From Bdellovibrionota bacterium (GTDB taxonomy: Bacteria; Bdellovibrionota_C; UBA2361; JBGSMV01), in assembly GCA_044356455.1 (NCBI GenBank), contig JBIKWF010000051.1, forward strand, positions 1-28,577: a DNA stretch of 28,577 nucleotides, in the 5' to 3' direction. The translations under genes and the position numbers were made by a program. This document shows, in pieces, positions 1 to 8,681 of the stretch (position 1 is the first letter of the stretch; every line of letters starts with the position of its first letter). Under the pieces are notes generated by a model. That model ran no database searches and was not told the DNA's origin. It saw nothing but the letters and a program-made list of their open reading frames with translations.

Positions 1-116
1 GTAAAAACTTGCATTCGATCGACCTGACCGTGGGCTAAAAAATGTGGGTGGCGCTAGGCTCTCTCTTCGAATGGCGCTCAGCCCCCGGGGCCGAAGCCTG
101 GGCGCGTTAAGCCGCC

Positions 117-165
117 TTCTCATTGGTTATGGTTGGTTATGGTTCTCATTGGTGGTTCTCATTGG
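117..165. repeat. Short imperfect tandem repeat (TTCTCATTGG x3 interspersed with GGTTAT units)
   Basis: Read directly: ttctcattggttatggttggttatggttctcattggtggttctcattgg, in non-coding DNA. Confidence 0.6.
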
Positions 166-348
166 AAATACTACCGTACCTGGGCAAACCTCTGGGGAGC
201 TAAACATCTGAAATTGCTAATCACCCCACTACGACCTGTGCCGCTCGATAGAGTAGAGTGGATGTCCTAGGAGGCATGCGCGCGAGCTTTCCGTGTCCAA
301 AGGTACGTTTGATGCATCAAAAGACTCAAAAGGGACTGTGCAATCTAA

Positions 349-478
349 GGAGCCTCTGAAAAACCCTCATTCTTAAGACACCTCTGTGTACCTTCGTGTT
401 CTCTGTGGTGAATTTCTTCATGAAGATATCACCACAGAGGACTCAGAGTTACACAGAGGTGAGTTTTTTAGAGGTTCC
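349..478. mobile_element. 130-bp MITE-like foldback element (IS5-like ends), complete copy
   Basis: Left end GGAGCCTCTGAAAAAC; reverse complement of right end GGAACCTCTAAAAAAC. Flanked by direct repeat CTAA (345-348 and 479-482). Internal imperfect inverted arms ~379-411 and ~429-461. Second copy at 22551-22666. Confidence 0.8.
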
Positions 479-565
479 CTAATTTTTAAAAGCGAGAGCC
501 TGCTGCAAGTGCGCATGCATAGTGGGCCGACTAGTTTGAGGCACGGAATATGGGGATTGGAGATC

Positions 566-1708
566 ATGAGTATCAAATTTAATTGTTGGCTGTTTTTTTC
601 ATGGATGTTGATTGCGATGGCATCCCAAGCAAGCGCTGAAATTCCTGCAGTCGCATCAGCGCCAGGCGCGAACAGCAAGACTAGTGGTTTATCTCACGTT
701 GAGACCAACAAAACGTATGAACAAGCCTTTGATTTCGTCCGGGTAGAGCCACAACCTATTCGCCTCGAAATCTCGCAACCGGCATGTCCTCCCATCGACG
801 CCGATTCTTTGCCCCTTCGTAGCTGCCCAGATGGAAAGGACCCCCCAAAGGAAACGGCCCCGAGTGGTCAAGTCGAATGGACCGCCCCCAGGGACGCAGG
901 TCCGGATTGTCAGAGGGTGAAGGTGAAGTGTGAAAGTGGTAACCCAACGTGCGACTCCTCGAATGACACCCTCACCTTTCCGTTTCTGATTTGCAGAGGT
1001 TTAGGGCTCGATAGTGGAAGGTACTGCGCAGATTGCTTGGAGCGGCTCGCGTCGGACCGTTCGCTTCCAGACTCTACAACCGTGCCCGACGTGGGACTGG
1101 CGCTTGTTGATCGATGCGTCCTTCGCCACGAATACACACATCTCAACGATTTTTTGCGAGATCGTTCAATCTCTTCCTGTCAAACGGAGCAGAATGCGGG
1201 ACGCGCCGAATTGGATTGCCTGAAACTTCTAAAAAAGCAGTATTGCCGTGCATTAGAGGACGAACCTTGGTCACCGGAGTGTCGTGAGATTCTGTCTCGT
1301 ATCTGCAATGCTAATCGCATAATAGCCGTTAATCAGTGCGTCTGCGAAAAAAATGGGAATGGACAGCAAGTGAGCATTCCTGGTTGTTTAGATTGTGAGG
1401 ACGCTTGCGATTCTGCTCGTTGCCCAGTCTCGGAGGGCGCAGCAACCTGCGAACGCCTTACCATGGTCTACTGTGGACAGCAGCTTGGCCAAAATATAAG
1501 GAGTGATCCTTCGGTTGGCGAAGTAGATGAGGCATGCCTTTCAACGTTGGAGTCAACCTATAGAAGTTGTCTGAACTTCGGAGAAGATCGGTTAGAGATG
1601 TGTTCAGCGGAGTGTCGGCGTGTGGTACAAAGTGCACCTGAGTGCAGGTATGACAACCTCAGCGACAATGCAAGGCAGTTGCTCGATAGAATGTGTGGCG
1701 CCTTTTGA
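566..1708 (+). CDS. Secreted Cys-rich protein with HExxH (putative zinc metallopeptidase) motif
   Basis: ATG 566 preceded by GGAG; signal peptide ending ASA; 28 Cys in the mature part; LRHEYTH followed by a candidate third ligand in QTEQNA. The ORF-track start at 386 lies inside the MITE. Confidence 0.75.
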   Translation: MSIKFNCWLFFSWMLIAMASQASAEIPAVASAPGANSKTSGLSHVETNKTYEQAFDFVRVEPQPIRLEISQPACPPIDADSLPLRSCPDGKDPPKETAPSGQVEWTAPRDAGPDCQRVKVKCESGNPTCDSSNDTLTFPFLICRGLGLDSGRYCADCLERLASDRSLPDSTTVPDVGLALVDRCVLRHEYTHLNDFLRDRSISSCQTEQNAGRAELDCLKLLKKQYCRALEDEPWSPECREILSRICNANRIIAVNQCVCEKNGNGQQVSIPGCLDCEDACDSARCPVSEGAATCERLTMVYCGQQLGQNIRSDPSVGEVDEACLSTLESTYRSCLNFGEDRLEMCSAECRRVVQSAPECRYDNLSDNARQLLDRMCGAF

Positions 1709-1910
1709 CGAATTGGGGATAGCGGGAGGATGCTGGTTTGGAGGTAAATTGGTCCATCCCAACTCGGTAGAGCTGCAACGTTCCTCCCGTCCAACTCTCA
1801 AGAATTAGATGTAAAGGTTTGATTTTGAAGAACGTGTCTCGCAAAAAGTTGGGGGCACAAATGGGCCTAGCTGAGATCTCAAAGCGCGGCGCGATCGAAA
1901 CTTTAGCTTT

Positions 1911-3173
1911 CTAAGATTTGAATTGGCGCAGAAGTTCTTGGGTTCGCGAAAGGCGAGTCCAGTCCCTTGAGGACGAAGTCTGAAACTCTTCAGCCTTAAG
2001 CGGGCGGCCGCAAAGACGCTCCACTACCCGAATTGCGAGCTCGAAAGCCTCTCGCTTCGTTGGAGTAATCTGATCGCGTAGCTCGGCTCCGGTCGCATCT
2101 ATTTTGGTCAGTATTAGTCCCTTGCAACGACGAACCTGGGCATCGGTCCCAAGGCTAAGAGCGAGAGATCTCGACGCTGCCACTCTGTCGGCGTCATCTT
2201 TTAGATAAATCACAATGGGGTCGCGCCGCGAAAAGAAAGAGCTTTCCATCACTTTGAATGAGTTTACCTCGGGAGTATTTCGGCAGAAGTCAGCAACGCT
2301 TCCAAACATTCCTTGAATAGCCTCGGGTTCACCGGAGGCAGGACGAACTGCAAGCCGGAGATCTTGACTACGGCCGGACACGATTCGTCCCTTCACAAAA
2401 AAGTGTTCGCCAGTTTCGATATCATGCGAGGATAAAAGAAACGCACTCCTCCGTAAGCTGTCGAGGCCGTCCTGTAGTGCCTGTGAGGCTTGCGTACCCT
2501 CGGGAATCGGATCGGATCTTCTCTTTATTCGAGAATAAATTTCATCCTGAATTTTATCGATTAAGACCGCTATTTGAGCGGGTGTCGCGCCGCGATTCAG
2601 ATGCCGTGGGTCGATTTTGGTCCCTAACGCTCTCTCAATATGCTCTCGGTAGTGTGCGGAAGAACCAAGGGTGGGAAGAGCGCCTGACCGTAAATCAAAT
2701 TCATTAAATAGTTTGACTTCGGCTGCGCTAGATTCTGGAGTCCATGATCGGTCGTCTTCTATCGTATGGGCGCGAGGAGCATTGGACTTAAAGCAGTACT
2801 GAAGCTCGGTAGCTAGAATTGTGGATTGCTGCTCAGTCAACTCGAGTCTTGTCACCCCGGCGGCTGTGCGAATGGTCAACTGGTCGGTGGAGAAAGATAA
2901 TTCAGCGTCGCGTAGCTGAATGTCGGGGAATGTTGAAGGCGCCCTTGCAATCGATCTCGTGGGAGTGAGCTCGCCAAGAAGCAAAGGAGCATCGCTTGTG
3001 TTCATGTTAGCCCCCAAGTCTACAAGAGCCTTATGCAGCTTCTGCGTCTGGCCATCGGTCAGATGAAGGACAGTCGCCGCTTGCTGCGGCTGTTCGAGGT
3101 GCAGGTCCATTCCGAGCAGGGTAAGCTCAACACCGGAAGCGACGGTTAGGGGGGAGGCAATCTCAGCAAACAT
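1911..3173 (-). CDS. Hypothetical protein; C-terminal half resembles HopA1-family domain
   Basis: 420-aa ORF with no signal peptide. Motif LRLAV...SFKVMESSFFSRRDPIVIYL matches the FKV..R-x-D-x-x-V-x-Y pattern of HopA1-like proteins. The family call is tentative. Confidence 0.6.
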   Translation of the reverse strand: MFAEIASPLTVASGVELTLLGMDLHLEQPQQAATVLHLTDGQTQKLHKALVDLGANMNTSDAPLLLGELTPTRSIARAPSTFPDIQLRDAELSFSTDQLTIRTAAGVTRLELTEQQSTILATELQYCFKSNAPRAHTIEDDRSWTPESSAAEVKLFNEFDLRSGALPTLGSSAHYREHIERALGTKIDPRHLNRGATPAQIAVLIDKIQDEIYSRIKRRSDPIPEGTQASQALQDGLDSLRRSAFLLSSHDIETGEHFFVKGRIVSGRSQDLRLAVRPASGEPEAIQGMFGSVADFCRNTPEVNSFKVMESSFFSRRDPIVIYLKDDADRVAASRSLALSLGTDAQVRRCKGLILTKIDATGAELRDQITPTKREAFELAIRVVERLCGRPLKAEEFQTSSSRDWTRLSRTQELLRQFKS

Positions 3174-3541
3174 TATGAAGAGTTATCTCTCGTTTCCTGG
3201 AAAGTATGACATAAGCAGAGAGATGCAATGGCTCGATATGATTATAGTTTTCTCTTATTTCAGTCTTTGTTTGCTCGGAATGTATTCCTTAGAACACCTT
3301 TCACGTGTTGAGTTGAAGGGGCGCCGCTTTTGGTTGCGCTGCAAGGGAAGAGGCGCCGTTGTGTTTGTGAACTCTTTTATGCACATCAATGAATGAGCTG
3401 ATGCAGGCCGCCATGGTTTGGCGGTCAAGGGGATGCTTGAGAGAAGGAAAGAGGGGACAATCCTAAGTGTGGACGTCTCAGAGAGAGAGTTGGGGAGGGC
3501 TCCCATGAGTACCGCGCATTAATGGTGATACTTTTTCCCTC

Positions 3542-4837
3542 CTAACGTAGGAGTTGCAGGGCAATTTGTGGCTGAAGGTTCGCTTGCGACAGAACCTGGG
3601 CCCCCGCCTGTTGCAGAATTTGAAGGCGGACGAGCTTTGCTGATTCGTCTGCTATGTCAGCATCAGTGATGCGTGACCGGGCTGCGCTTAAGGTCTCACT
3701 CGCTACGAGGCTCAGAGAGGCAGCGCTGGAAAGTCGACTTTCAAATGCGCCGAGTCGGCCTTGAAAGAGAGCAAGTTCTGACAATCTTTGTTTGAGGCTC
3801 TCAAGTGCTGAAAGTGCTCTCGAGGAGGAGTCGACGCCTGTAAATTCGAGTGCAGTTCCGTAGCCTGCTGCTGCTCCGCTCGAAGGCGCGTTGAGGAGTC
3901 TCAGGCCGGACAAATCAAGCGAGAAGTTGATACCGCCGCCCGCATTGATATCGACGGAGCTCTGATTGAACGTGCCGGTGGATGCGTTAACACTAAGGGA
4001 GGTGGAAACGTTGTCAAAGACGCGATCGTAGCGAGATTGGCCCTGTGCGGTTATTTCGAAAAGTCCTGTAGTAGAATTCTTCACGAACGAAATCGCTTCG
4101 AAGTTCGTCTCTGCAGCCGAGTCATACATCAAGCCCACGATGACAGTTTGCTCTACTCCTTGAGCGTCATACACCCTGCGCTCAACATAGCTATTCCCAA
4201 ATATTGTAGCGATTTCATCCCTGGAAAGAGGTCCAAACACATAGTCACGATCGGTAGGGTCATTAAATCCGTCTCTATTGGTATCGGATGTCGCAAGCGC
4301 CGCCCAATTAATCGAGCCACTTAAGGAACCGGTATCGGAGAGGCTGATTGAGATCTGAGAGGTGTTATTACCTCTAGTTCCCGCTTGAATGGATAAGTTT
4401 GAAAGGCCATCTGTGCGAAAGGCGCGGAGGAGCTTGTTTCCATTGAACTCAGTAGAGTCACCTAACCTCCCAAATTCAGAAAGGAGTTCCTGATACTCAC
4501 GGTTGAGAGTGAGTCGCTGTGTTGAAGAGAAGGTCCCATTAGCAGACTGCTCCGCAAGCTCTGAGAGACGCGAAAGAATTCCGGATTGCTGAGAGAGCGT
4601 TGAACTTGCAATGGAAACCGCTGAGATGCCGTCATTAATGTTTCGGACCGCTACATTCGATAGCCGGGTGTCAGTGCGAAGCCGCTCAGCAACGGATAGC
4701 CCCGCCGCATCATCTGCGGCGCTATTGATGCGCTGCCCTGAAGAGAGCCTCTCATAGGTGCGCGCAAGGGCGTCCGTCGACTCAAAGAGTCGGCGCTGCG
4801 CCTGCAGGCTCGCTATGTTGCTCCCGATTCGAATCAA
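3542..4837 (-). CDS. fliC: Flagellin
   Basis: N-terminal NIASLQAQRRL..ERLSSGQRINSAADDAAGL; C-terminal SRITDADIADESAKLVRLQILQQAGAQVLSQAN. TTG start with GGAG upstream. Confidence 0.97.
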   Translation of the reverse strand: MIRIGSNIASLQAQRRLFESTDALARTYERLSSGQRINSAADDAAGLSVAERLRTDTRLSNVAVRNINDGISAVSIASSTLSQQSGILSRLSELAEQSANGTFSSTQRLTLNREYQELLSEFGRLGDSTEFNGNKLLRAFRTDGLSNLSIQAGTRGNNTSQISISLSDTGSLSGSINWAALATSDTNRDGFNDPTDRDYVFGPLSRDEIATIFGNSYVERRVYDAQGVEQTVIVGLMYDSAAETNFEAISFVKNSTTGLFEITAQGQSRYDRVFDNVSTSLSVNASTGTFNQSSVDINAGGGINFSLDLSGLRLLNAPSSGAAAGYGTALEFTGVDSSSRALSALESLKQRLSELALFQGRLGAFESRLSSAASLSLVASETLSAARSRITDADIADESAKLVRLQILQQAGAQVLSQANLQPQIALQLLR

Positions 4838-5114
4838 GGCGGATCTCCGATCAGCAATCTTTAAGAAGGGTTAAATTTCAACACCTCACCATCTGATATC
4901 GGAGATTTAAGGTGCTGACAAAAATGGTTTCCTCGAGCGGTATGTGTAAGCACCTCGGGAACGAAAGCCCAGGTCAGCAATTTTCCTAGTTGCATGAGTT
5001 TGAGTATGGGGGGGGCCGGCTAAGGGGAACAGCCGATGCGGTGGGCGCCTTCCACAAGTACAAATGAAGCAAACTCCAGAGACGCAAGGACTCATAGATG
5101 AGCACTAAGGCGGT

Positions 5115-5429
5115 ATGGCGTATATGAGAGTTTCTACTAAGAAAATATCGCAGCGTCTACAATCGCGCCAATCAGGCGCAGCGCTCATTGAACACGTCCT
5201 GCTCCTTGCAACAGTCGCCTCGGGCGCGTTGCTCTTCGGCTTTTTCGCAAATGATCTCGGACAGCAGTTGTCTCAGAACATGGATGTTGCCTTCAGACTG
5301 GACGCAGACGCTCCGCTCCTTAATGGAGGAGGTTCCCAAGGTACGGGAACTGTTGGCGGAGAGGAACTTGTCTGTGATGGGCGAGATTGGTACGGGAGGC
5401 TCTGCGCACCGCTAGGGGATCCTCCTTAA
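5115..5429 (+). CDS. Flp/Tad-type (type IVb/c) prepilin-like protein
   Basis: Basic leader, then G|AALIEH (Gly at -1, Glu at +5) and a hydrophobic helix; short C-terminal tail with two Cys. Confidence 0.7.
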   Translation: MAYMRVSTKKISQRLQSRQSGAALIEHVLLLATVASGALLFGFFANDLGQQLSQNMDVAFRLDADAPLLNGGGSQGTGTVGGEELVCDGRDWYGRLCAPLGDPP

Positions 5430-5476
5430 TCTTTTCCGCCGGATTCCTTCACCGTTTTAGTGCATCCTTCCTCATG

Positions 5477-6283
5477 CTACTTACTCCGGCCCACCTTCTC
5501 CCCGAGGGTAGCAAGAAAGGCTGTCACCACGACCCTGGTTTTTGAACTAGTTTTATTCTGCGGAAGTACCGGATTAACGTCCGCATCATAACCCGAGAGA
5601 CGTTCTCGCATACGCTTGTGAAACGCCCGCCCCTCTTCGAGGACAAATTGCTTTATCTCCGCCACGAAGGCTTCAGGAATGTTATCGAATTCAGTCCGAA
5701 TATGCAGTTTCTTTAGCTCCTCGTTGGAGCTTATATTCTCAGTGACAGTGGAAGAAAGTGCTTCAATCTCTTGAGCCAAAAGAGCGAGCGCCTGTTCTGT
5801 GTTCCCACCTGTTTCGAGTGCAGCCTTTTTTAAGCGCAAGCCTTGAGGGGTCTTTACCGCGCTTCCAGAGCGGCAGATTTCGAAAAGCACCGTCCCTGGG
5901 TTAAGATGTGAACTTACCCTGTTCACCAGAGTTGCAAATTCGCTGTCGGGCCCTGCATAGGTAAGAATTCGAGGAGCCTGCCGACGATCCTTGTATTCGG
6001 GGAGCTGCTCCCAAAGGGTCAAAACTCGCGCGGTCAGACTCTGAGAAAGGCTCTCCGGCTCCTTTGATTCAAGAAGCCGCTGGACTTCGCTACGATAAAT
6101 TCCAGTCATGGCTGAGATTCTGCTCACGTTCACTTTCGCGTTTGCGTCAGTGAGCTGCTCGGCAGCTTTTTCTACAAAGGCTCGTTTTGCAAGTTCGTTG
6201 AACTGGCTCAGGCTTAAGCCAAATCGCATACAAACTGCGACGGTAGCTCGAATTACCGCGTATAGCCCTTGGGCGGGAATCAT
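5477..6283 (-). CDS. DUF6502-like family protein (N-terminal HTH-like segment)
   Basis: F.ELAKRAFVE..A...NVSRISAMTGI.R.EV.RL, VL..W and F..LV....HLNPGTVL.E patterns typical of DUF6502, recognised by eye. Confidence 0.75.
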   Translation of the reverse strand: MIPAQGLYAVIRATVAVCMRFGLSLSQFNELAKRAFVEKAAEQLTDANAKVNVSRISAMTGIYRSEVQRLLESKEPESLSQSLTARVLTLWEQLPEYKDRRQAPRILTYAGPDSEFATLVNRVSSHLNPGTVLFEICRSGSAVKTPQGLRLKKAALETGGNTEQALALLAQEIEALSSTVTENISSNEELKKLHIRTEFDNIPEAFVAEIKQFVLEEGRAFHKRMRERLSGYDADVNPVLPQNKTSSKTRVVVTAFLATLGEKVGRSK

Positions 6284-6533
6284 CAGTGCAGCGCCTAGTA
6301 GTTAGTCATGCCTATTATCGACACTAAAAGCGCTTCTCAGTAGTATGATAAAGTTACTTGCATAACCCATGGAACCTACAGGATATTTATTCGGCTTCCC
6401 AAAATAAAAATGCAGAATCTTTGCATTTTAGGAAACATTCCTTCGGCGCCCCCTAATAACCCTAGGCAAACAATCTGCCAGCAAGAGCAATTCGTTCTTT
6501 TCCTGGCAAGGTTCACGTTGTGGGGAGGAAGAA

Positions 6534-7646
6534 ATGAAAAAGGTTGGTTCGTTTGCGAGTGTCATCTTAGTGGGCAGTCTATTCCTTGGAGCTGAAAGTA
6601 AGGCTCAAGAGTTACAAGCTCCGCTTCTTTGTCAGCGCAAAAATGTTGGCGAAGTGAAAAACCCGCGCACACGTGTTCAGTCCCTGAAGCTAGTCAAGGG
6701 CAAAACGTGCCCGAAGGGTTTTGAGACTATTGGATCCTTTGTAACCCCCGACCTTCTTCAATCCTCAATCAAGAGCGCCACGATCGCTGGACCTAAGGGA
6801 GAAAAGGGGGACAAGGGAGACTCGGCTTCACCTGCGGAAGTCGCTGGAGTTCTCCAGAACATTGCAGCTTTTCGTGAGGCGGTGCGGGGAGAGCCTGGCC
6901 GGCGAGGAGAGCAAGGCGTGCCGGGTGCTTCTGGAGTAGCAGGCCCCCAAGGGGAAACCGGACCGCAGGGGTTGAAAGGAGATAAGGGTGAACGCGGGGA
7001 AGTCGGACCACAGGGGCCCCAGGGCCAGGATGGATTGGTTGGAGCGCAAGGTGCGAAAGGAGATAAGGGCGACACTGGTAGCCAAGGAGCAAAAGGTGAC
7101 CGTGGTGAGATCGGCCCTATGGGTCCGCAGGGACCAGCAGGACCAGTTGCCATTTACGACCAGGCACTATTTGGCGGAATGTACGGCACGGGGTACGGGA
7201 ATCCGCTCGCGGAAGGGGCTGAAGGATGTCCCGCTGGATTTGAGTCGCACCGACTTCTCGGTACACCGAATGTCGATTGGGATCTCTTCGTGTGCCTCGG
7301 AATTCCTGGCCGCGTTGAACCAATCGCGCACTTTGGTGGAATAATCTCACAAGGGCGCAACCCCATCAACGCGGTAACGGGATCTGAGAGCTGTCCAAAC
7401 GCATATCGGCAGCAGCAGGTCTTTGGAAGATTCCCGATCGATGTCGGCGTGGCGTACTGTTACACCACGGACGTCAGCAATCCAGTGCTTACAAGATTCG
7501 GTGGAATGTTTGGAACGGTTCATGGGCAGCTTTCGCCGAATCCAGTTACGGGCAACAGCTCGTGCTGGTGGGGTTACTCGAAAGGTGTCGGAGCTGGAAC
7601 TCCCAATGTTGATTTCCCATTCTACTACTGCTTTGAGAAGAATTGA
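6534..7646 (+). CDS. Secreted collagen-like protein with C-terminal three-repeat Cys-containing domain (MPEG1 P2/MABP-like)
   Basis: GGAGG RBS; signal peptide ending SKA; 29 uninterrupted Gly-X-Y triplets; three FGG-x-NP-x-TG-x-SC-..-C repeats. Confidence 0.9.
   Translation: MKKVGSFASVILVGSLFLGAESKAQELQAPLLCQRKNVGEVKNPRTRVQSLKLVKGKTCPKGFETIGSFVTPDLLQSSIKSATIAGPKGEKGDKGDSASPAEVAGVLQNIAAFREAVRGEPGRRGEQGVPGASGVAGPQGETGPQGLKGDKGERGEVGPQGPQGQDGLVGAQGAKGDKGDTGSQGAKGDRGEIGPMGPQGPAGPVAIYDQALFGGMYGTGYGNPLAEGAEGCPAGFESHRLLGTPNVDWDLFVCLGIPGRVEPIAHFGGIISQGRNPINAVTGSESCPNAYRQQQVFGRFPIDVGVAYCYTTDVSNPVLTRFGGMFGTVHGQLSPNPVTGNSSCWWGYSKGVGAGTPNVDFPFYYCFEKN
6888..7148 (+). repeat. Collagen (Gly-X-Y)29 coding repeat
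   Basis: GEP GRR GEQ ... GPA GPV counted from the translation. Confidence 0.95.
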
Positions 7647-7939
7647 GGGTTCACGCAAGATTAGCTGGGCAAATCATGGGATTGCTCGATTTTGCCCAGC
7701 TCTATGAAATCCTTTAGGTTTGTGGGCCGCGCGGTAATCGAGGTGGTTTTCATAAATAAAAGGGGACGAGACACACCATCTACGTCTCTAGCATTGAATC
7801 TGACTATGCCTAAGGGTAGCTAAAAGGCTGAAATCGATCCTCACCTCACCGCGGCATAGGCCGCTCGATGGAGAAGAGTGGGTGTCTCAAAGATTTCACT
7901 AACGTCTCAGATAGGGTAGGGGGAGCCCTATGCGGCTCT

Positions 7940-8506
7940 TCACTTCCTAAGTACTATCTCTCGAAGTTCAAGAAACTTCTCCGTTGCCATATCAGAGAAG
8001 CAGAAATGTCCAAGGTTTGGAAAAAAGTGCGTGTGCGCTCCGGGAAGTGCACTTTGAATTGCTTTTACCGAAGAGTTTATATCCGAGGTGTCGTTATCAG
8101 ACACGACGACATGAAGCTCAGTTCGAGAAGTCAGATTACTATTTATCGTAAATTGAAAGAACTCTGGGTCTTTCTCTCTGCTCGGGTCGAGCCAGGGAGC
8201 AACTAGGACAACCCTTTTGGGGGTGAGGTGGTTTTCGCTTAGCCAGCGCAGAAGAAACCCTCCGCCACAGCTATGGCCCACTAGAATCGATTCGTCCGAA
8301 ATACGGTACCTTTCAATCGTTCTTTTCCACTCAGAGTATCTCGGGAGATAGGCGACTGGCATCTCTGGAGTTTCGGTCTCGAATCCAGCAATAAGCATTT
8401 GCTTTTGAAGCCACGGGAGCCAGTGGCTGTTGGAGAGACTAGGATACGTGTCGCTAAAGTATTCCTCCTGGTCACAGGTCCCGTGGATTATGAGTGCCGT
8501 TTTCAT
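7940..8506 (-). CDS. RBBP9/YdeN-family alpha/beta hydrolase
   Basis: MKTALIIHG start, HWLPWL, nucleophile elbow VGHSCGG, LVAPW, SDND and GHF catalytic motifs. Start moved from the ORF-track 8683 to 8506. Confidence 0.9.
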   Translation of the reverse strand: MKTALIIHGTCDQEEYFSDTYPSLSNSHWLPWLQKQMLIAGFETETPEMPVAYLPRYSEWKRTIERYRISDESILVGHSCGGGFLLRWLSENHLTPKRVVLVAPWLDPSREKDPEFFQFTINSNLTSRTELHVVVSDNDTSDINSSVKAIQSALPGAHTHFFPNLGHFCFSDMATEKFLELREIVLRK

Positions 8507-8681
8507 GGTGCCTTTTCCATTTTTCTCGACTTGAGCCATCGCCGAACTCTCTTTACAACGCAGCCGCTCATTTTCCAACCTACTACGGGCTACATTTGGG
8601 GGGGGGGCAGATTTGATCACAGAATTCTCCCCCTTCAAAAGGCGCGTTTCGCCAGGGGCGTGGGTGTCGTAACCTCCCTCC

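Noticed and set aside
117..165. Possible CRISPR or iteron array
   Set aside because: Units are only 6-10 bp and irregular, with no unique spacers and no cas or rep gene.
386..565. N-terminal extension MYLRVLCGEF... (and its twin at 22574-22732) as a shared protein domain
   Set aside because: It is the translation of the MITE; better starts with an RBS and a signal peptide or Rossmann motif lie downstream.
3175..3506. Short ORFs 3175-3396 (+) and 3255-3506 (-)
   Set aside because: No motif or convincing RBS; they overlap each other and the likely promoter region of the 1911-3173 gene.
4896..4925. Sigma-28 promoter for flagellin (TCCGATAT on the minus strand)
   Set aside because: A -10-like octamer is present but there is no TAAA -35 at the expected spacing. 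Similar GCCGAATA hits near 6390 and 26056 also lack a -35.
6758..7153. Pro/Gly-rich antisense ORFs
   Set aside because: Shadow frames of the collagen repeat.
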